Assembly (NCBI GenBank): GCA_963783885.1 | Contig: CAWAPJ010000014.1 | Location: 1 to 54,216, forward strand | Origin: Waddliaceae bacterium | GTDB lineage: Bacteria > Chlamydiota > Chlamydiia > Chlamydiales > SLFE01 | Direction of reading: 5' to 3' | Length of the DNA: 54,216 nt | In this document: positions 49,465 to 54,216 of the stretch, piece by piece | Numbering within the stretch: position 1 is the stretch's first letter | Layout of the letters: each line of letters begins with the position of its first letter | The notes under the pieces: model-generated | Seen by the model: the letters and a program-made list of their open reading frames with translations, nothing else | Told to the model about the DNA's origin: nothing | Databases searched by the model: none | Program-made: the position numbers and the translations under genes

Positions 49465-49553
49465 CATAGGAGAGGAAAAAAGAGCGTCTTCGCTATCCTA
49501 ATCTCAATCACCCCGCTCATTATTAATGAGATACAAAATCTTGCTTCACAATC

Positions 49554-49933
49554 CCATAAATTCCGCGGTGGAAGTCGACCTCACGGGCCAAATATCTGCC
49601 GATTCTGTCGGCCACAGAATTATTTCCGGCGTCGGCGGCCAGATCGACTTCATTCGCGGGGCGGCCCTCTCCCCCGGAGGCAAGCCCATCATTGCCATGA
49701 CCTCCCGCTCGGCCAAAGGACACCCCAAGATCGTCTCCGAGCTCAAACCCGGAGCCGGCGTCGTAACCACCCGCGCCCACGCCCACTACATCATCACGGA
49801 ATACGGCGTTGCCGACCTCTTCGGCAAAACCTTAAAAGAAAGGGCTGACGCCCTGATCAGCATCTCCCATCCTGAAGACAGAGAGCAGCTCGAAAAAGAG
49901 TGGAAAGAACAAGTCTCCAAAGCTGTTTACTAA
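49554..49933 (+). pseudogene. Duplicated 3' end of the CoA-transferase gene (fragment 3)
   Basis: 5' part like fragment 2; 3' end and downstream spacer like the intact gene. Confidence 0.92.
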
Positions 49934-49993
49934 AATAAAGCAGATTAATTGACAGACTGAGCTACGTTTTTTCTCATCGTTTATGCTGCTATA

Positions 49994-50101
49994 TCATAAA
50001 ATAAGGTTGATGTTTCCTTTCAATACTTCGGCAAGTGCTTTTTTTTCTTCATCGCCGATGCCGTTAACTCCCAAATCAAGCGTTGTTAGGGTTGTATTCC
50101 C
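49994..50101 (-). pseudogene. Remnant C-terminus of a fourth LRR gene
   Basis: Translates to GNTTLTTLDLGVNGIGDEEKKALAEVLKGNINLIL*; similarity stops abruptly at about 50101. Confidence 0.88.
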
Positions 50102-50218
50102 TATTACAGAATCATCCACAAGATGAATGTTTAACTAATTGATAATACGACACTAATCAGAAAATCTCAATTTTCTCTGCGGGCTCTTGTGATCTCGCGC
50201 GGTGAAAATCCTAATAGA

Positions 50219-51391
50219 CTACTGCTGGCAAATTCCTTCGAGCAGCTTGGCGTTGGCAAACCCGAGGTTTCTCTCAATGCACGATCGATAATTCGCCGGA
50301 AGGTCGTCTCTTTTTAACAGGTCCTGGCAGATTTGCTGGCATTCTTCATACTTACCGATCCAGTAAGCGCAGATGGAAAGCTCGAGCGCCAACCCATAAT
50401 CATATTGCCACTGCTGCAAGAAAAGTATGTCGCTCGTCTGGGGAATGGACATGCCCAGCTTGGCGATCTTGTAACCGGCTTCATAATTTTCCTTGTTGCG
50501 GTAGTAGAAGGCCAATTGATAGAGAGGCTCTAAACGCGAGGGACGATACTTGTAGGCTTTCATATAGCTTTCGACAATTTTTTCTTCCGGAGAACCGAGG
50601 ATTTCATGGAGATTGCCTACCTTGTAAAGGGACCAGAAAACTTCCTGATCAAATCCCCCCATTTCCGCCCGCTTCTCGTAAGTTTCCAACGCTTTTTCAA
50701 ACTCGCGGCCGCAAAGATAACTTTGTGCAAGATAAAACGTGTAGCGGCTGTCATCCGGTTTTTTTTCAAGCTCTCTTTTTAACACCTCGATATCTTTGGT
50801 GTATTTTAAAGGATCTTTCGACCTGGCTCCGTCGCAGGTGTATGTGTTAGTCACTTTTTGCAAAGTGGAGAAGGTTCTCGAAGGAGGGGGGCAGATCACT
50901 TCGTGAAGAACCCCTTTCCATTCCCAGTCGAGATGGTTGTTGATCAGTTGCACTTTCCCATACTGCATTCCGCCGCAAGTGATCGTCACGTAGTAATAGT
51001 CGACATTTAAATCGGGCAGCTCGAAACCGGGCTCATAGACCAGATACTCGTCGGCGTCGATAAAGAACACATAATCGCCTTTTCCCCGGGCCAGCTCCAA
51101 AGCTTCGTTGCGGTTATGCTCAAAGTTCACCCAAGGTCTTTCATAAAGCTCTCCCGGCACTCCCTTCTTTTGCATATAATTGCGAATGAGATCCTGAGTT
51201 CCATCGGTCGATCCGGTATCGACAATGACCCAATAGTCGATAATGGGCAAAACCGAGTCGATGCACCGGCATATGACATCGGTCTCATTTTTGACAATCA
51301 TGTTGAGACAGATTGTTTTGTGCTGCTCTGCCTGCAGTGTAAAAGCGGCGATGACAAGAATAAAAAGTCTGATAAATGATTTCATAGTCAT
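50219..51391 (-). CDS. GT2 glycosyltransferase with TPR-like C-terminus and signal-peptide-like N-terminus
   Basis: ICLNMIVKNE, VDTGSTDGT, RNEAL, IDADE, LHE and FYLAQSY. Confidence 0.9.
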   Translation of the reverse strand: MTMKSFIRLFILVIAAFTLQAEQHKTICLNMIVKNETDVICRCIDSVLPIIDYWVIVDTGSTDGTQDLIRNYMQKKGVPGELYERPWVNFEHNRNEALELARGKGDYVFFIDADEYLVYEPGFELPDLNVDYYYVTITCGGMQYGKVQLINNHLDWEWKGVLHEVICPPPSRTFSTLQKVTNTYTCDGARSKDPLKYTKDIEVLKRELEKKPDDSRYTFYLAQSYLCGREFEKALETYEKRAEMGGFDQEVFWSLYKVGNLHEILGSPEEKIVESYMKAYKYRPSRLEPLYQLAFYYRNKENYEAGYKIAKLGMSIPQTSDILFLQQWQYDYGLALELSICAYWIGKYEECQQICQDLLKRDDLPANYRSCIERNLGFANAKLLEGICQQ

Positions 51392-51460
51392 AAAAAAAAA
51401 TTGGAAAGTTAACTTTTCCCTATGCTAAAGTGATCTTCAGCTATTTTCAAGGTTTTTTTT

Positions 51461-52624
51461 ATGAATTCTTTTTGGATTTTTCTACTCGCTCTGTTTATCA
51501 CTACCGGAACACACGCGGAATCCATCCTCATTTCAACATTCGCCGTAAAAGGTGTCAAACCGTGGGACCCCGACAGCATTAAGCAGGGAATCACCGGATC
51601 GGAAGAGGCAGTTATCTACATGTCGCAAAAACTAGCGAGCACTCGGCTATAGGGTCGTTGTTCTGGGAAATCCCCCGCAAGGCTCGCCGCATTCGGCTCC
51701 CAAGTTCCAATCCCCGATTTGTGGGGAATGGTTCTGATCTGACCCATTTCGATATCGCCATATCCTGGAGAAATCCAGGGAATGCAAAAGAGCTGAGGAA
51801 GTTTGCAGACAAAGTCTATTTATGGCCGCATGATTCCTGCTATTCGCACTGTCCCGGAAAGAATGATTAAGGAATTCGACGATGTTCTCTGGCTGTCAAA
51901 CTGGCAAAGAGAGCAGTGGTCCTCCATCAATCCCGCCTTCGCTGAGTTTCATAAAATTTTCGGAAATGGCATCAACCCCGAACAGTTCCATCCTGTCGAA
52001 GAGAGGCGTAATCCCTACTCGTGCGTCTACGGTTCTAATTACGGTTTGGGACTGGAAACGCTTCTCGATATATGGCCTGAGATCAAAGAAAAGTATCCCA
52101 TGGCCACGCTCGATATCTACTACGGCTGGCAGCATTGGGGATTCCTTTCCCCCGAAAAAGAGAAAAAAATGATGAATCAGATGGCCTCACTCGCTTATCT
52201 CGATGTCCGCGATCACGGGCTGGTCAGCCACGAAGAAATCAACCGCGCCTATGAAACCGCATCGTTCTGGACCTATCCGTTAAACTCAACCGAAACATTC
52301 TGCATCACCGCCTTAAAAGCCCAGATCGGAGGAGCGGTTCCCGTCGTCGTTCAAAAAGCGGCTTTGAAAGAAACCGTCAAACACGGCTATACATGCGGAA
52401 GAACCGAAGAGTATCGAGCTGCACTGCTCAAAGCTATGAGCGAGGCCGAAACAATATCTGTCGAAGACAGAAAAAAAATGAGAAAAACAATCACCGGGAT
52501 GTACACCTGGGAAAAAATCGCTTTAAAATGGGATGGATTATTCAATGATGAAGTTCAAAAAGATTGCATTCAGTCTGCTGGCGTTTTGCACCGTGATTGC
52601 CCTCGCGGCGTTTGCGCTCAATAA
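51461..52624 (+). CDS. GT-B (GT4-like) glycosyltransferase split by three +1 frameshifts (about 51641, 51700, 51850)
   Basis: GITGSEEA, LGYRVVV, ISWR, LWPHD, NGI, ETFCITALKAQ, AALKETV and YTWEKIA..W spread across successive frames. Confidence 0.78.
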
Positions 52625-54216
52625 AACACCGGCCAAAGAGACAAAACCCCGCCTGTCAATCATCACATCCGTATTCAACGGAGATCGATTTATCCGGGGA
52701 TTTCTTGAAAATATCACGAGCGTCAATCACTTTGAGGACTATGAACTTCTCCTCATCCACCCTCCGGGTCCCGGTCATGAAGAAACCGTTATCCAGGAAT
52801 ACCTCCCACGCTACGCCAATATCCGCTACATCAAACTGGAGAGCGACCCGGGAGTTTACGGCGTCTGGAACCTGGGTGCCAAAATGGCAAAAGCCGATTT
52901 TCTCACAAACGCCAATGTCGACGACAGAAGACATCCGGAAATGGTAGACCGTCATCTCCGCTATCTTGAGAAAAACCCCGATGTCGATCTGGTGTATTCC
53001 GACTTCATCATGACGCCTGTTTCCAACTCTGATTTCGCAACCAACAAAAGCACCAGGATCATCCATTACGATGATTATTCTCCCGAAAAAATGTGTTTGT
53101 GCCTTCCGGGACCAGGGCCGCTGTGGCGCAAGGATGTTCATAGCCGCTTCGGCTTCTTCCGCGATGATTTTACGGCAGCCGGAGATTTTGAAATGTGGAA
53201 CCGCATGGCGGCCGGCGGAGCCAAAATGAAAAAACTACCCGGGGTTAGCGTGCTTTTCTATGAAAATCGCCTGGGACTGACTTATAATCCTTCTCCTGAA
53301 AAAGCGGCCAAACGAGAATGGGAAAACAATTATGTCAAGCATGTCTACTCGTATCTTTGGTATCAAATTCCAGAAAAGGAACCCCTTCTTCTCGTCCTTA
53401 TGCCCACAAGGTCACGCCCCGAGAGGTTTTTCAAACAGCTAGACAACTACTATTACAATCTTTCCGGAGAGACCCGCTACCGCTTTCTTGTCAACTGCGA
53501 TGAAGACGATGAAACCATGAATAATCCCGAGATGCGAGAGAGGCTCGGCACCTATCCCAATCTTATCTATTCGTTTCAACCCGGCTGCGCAAAAATCGAC
53601 GCCTATAACAGAAATCTCTCTTCGACTCCCTACGACGTCCTCCTTGCAGGCAGCGATGATCTGGAACCGCAAGCGTGGGGGTATGACAAAAAAATCATCG
53701 ACCAAATGAAAACACACTTTCCGGACTATGACGGCGTTCTCAACTACCATGACGGCTATGTCGGTGAAACGTGCAATATCTATCCCATTGCCGGCCGCAA
53801 GTTCATTGAGCGGCTGGGACACTTCTATCATCCTGAATACGCCTCCCTTTGCGCCAATGAAGAACTTACAGTGATTTCTCGAATTTTAGGCAAAGAAAAA
53901 ATCATCAACGAAATCCTGCTCAAACACCGCCATCCCGCTCATGGCGAAAGAGCCTGGGGCCTCTTAGATAGACGAAATGAAGCGTTCAAAGAACGTGACA
54001 AACAAGTATTGATAAAACACAAGAAAAACCGATTTAATTTAGATGACAAAGATGTTTTCGAAAAAGACTGGAGCATTCTGATCTGCACGTTGGATGAAAG
54101 AAAAACGGTTTTTGACAACCTCTATCATGAGCTGATGGATCAAATATCAAAAGCTGGTCTGAATGATAAGATCGAGGTGCTCTATTACCGGGATAATCGA
54201 GAAAGATCCATTGGAT
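52545..54216 (+). CDS. Multi-domain GT2-like glycosyltransferase, runs off the window end (absent from ORF track)
   Basis: Manual translation is open from ATG 52545: MMKFKKIAFSLLAFC..., LSIITSVFN...NANVDD, LLVLMPTRSRP...AGSDD, WSILICTLDER. Confidence 0.85.
   Translation, partial: MMKFKKIAFSLLAFCTVIALAAFALNKTPAKETKPRLSIITSVFNGDRFIRGFLENITSVNHFEDYELLLIHPPGPGHEETVIQEYLPRYANIRYIKLESDPGVYGVWNLGAKMAKADFLTNANVDDRRHPEMVDRHLRYLEKNPDVDLVYSDFIMTPVSNSDFATNKSTRIIHYDDYSPEKMCLCLPGPGPLWRKDVHSRFGFFRDDFTAAGDFEMWNRMAAGGAKMKKLPGVSVLFYENRLGLTYNPSPEKAAKREWENNYVKHVYSYLWYQIPEKEPLLLVLMPTRSRPERFFKQLDNYYYNLSGETRYRFLVNCDEDDETMNNPEMRERLGTYPNLIYSFQPGCAKIDAYNRNLSSTPYDVLLAGSDDLEPQAWGYDKKIIDQMKTHFPDYDGVLNYHDGYVGETCNIYPIAGRKFIERLGHFYHPEYASLCANEELTVISRILGKEKIINEILLKHRHPAHGERAWGLLDRRNEAFKERDKQVLIKHKKNRFNLDDKDVFEKDWSILICTLDERKTVFDNLYHELMDQISKAGLNDKIEVLYYRDNRERSIG

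Noticed and set aside
1-54216. tRNA, rRNA or prophage genes
   Set aside because: None recognisable by eye; a covariance-model scan was not possible.

Overview
Bacterial chromosomal window, most likely from an environmental member of the Chlamydiae. This is an inference from the SEC-C-fused Map, the F-box/LRR expansion, sigma-54-type promoters and a Wsp-like cluster. Left to right: an IS4-family element; a Cys-rich protein / VKOR-thioredoxin / YceI operon; hypCDE plus a His-rich Ni transporter, with hypCDE bracketed by palindromic elements; metabolic genes (MDR oxidoreductase, UDP-glucuronate decarboxylase, GDPD, sodC, desaturase); a type III PKS-methyltransferase-FAD oxidoreductase cluster; an F-box-like LRR gene; map; an AT-rich glycan-modification island next to a defective IS982; a receptor-less Wsp-like chemosensory operon ending in a REC-PP2C phosphatase; an ast-like operon; three small tandem paralogs; ABC-F; trmH-like; an acetyl-CoA hydrolase/transferase; and signal-peptide-bearing glycosyltransferases. 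The most striking structure is at 41.0-50.1 kb: a tandem array of F-box + 28-aa LRR genes with 16, 20 and 15 repeats plus a remnant. Each full gene has a consensus sigma-54 promoter. The genes are separated by copies of the 3' end of the CoA-transferase gene that differ almost only synonymously, and the LRR modules are shuffled and hypervariable. Six apparent +1 frameshifts in the right half may be sequencing errors. All calls come from manual reading; no searches were run.
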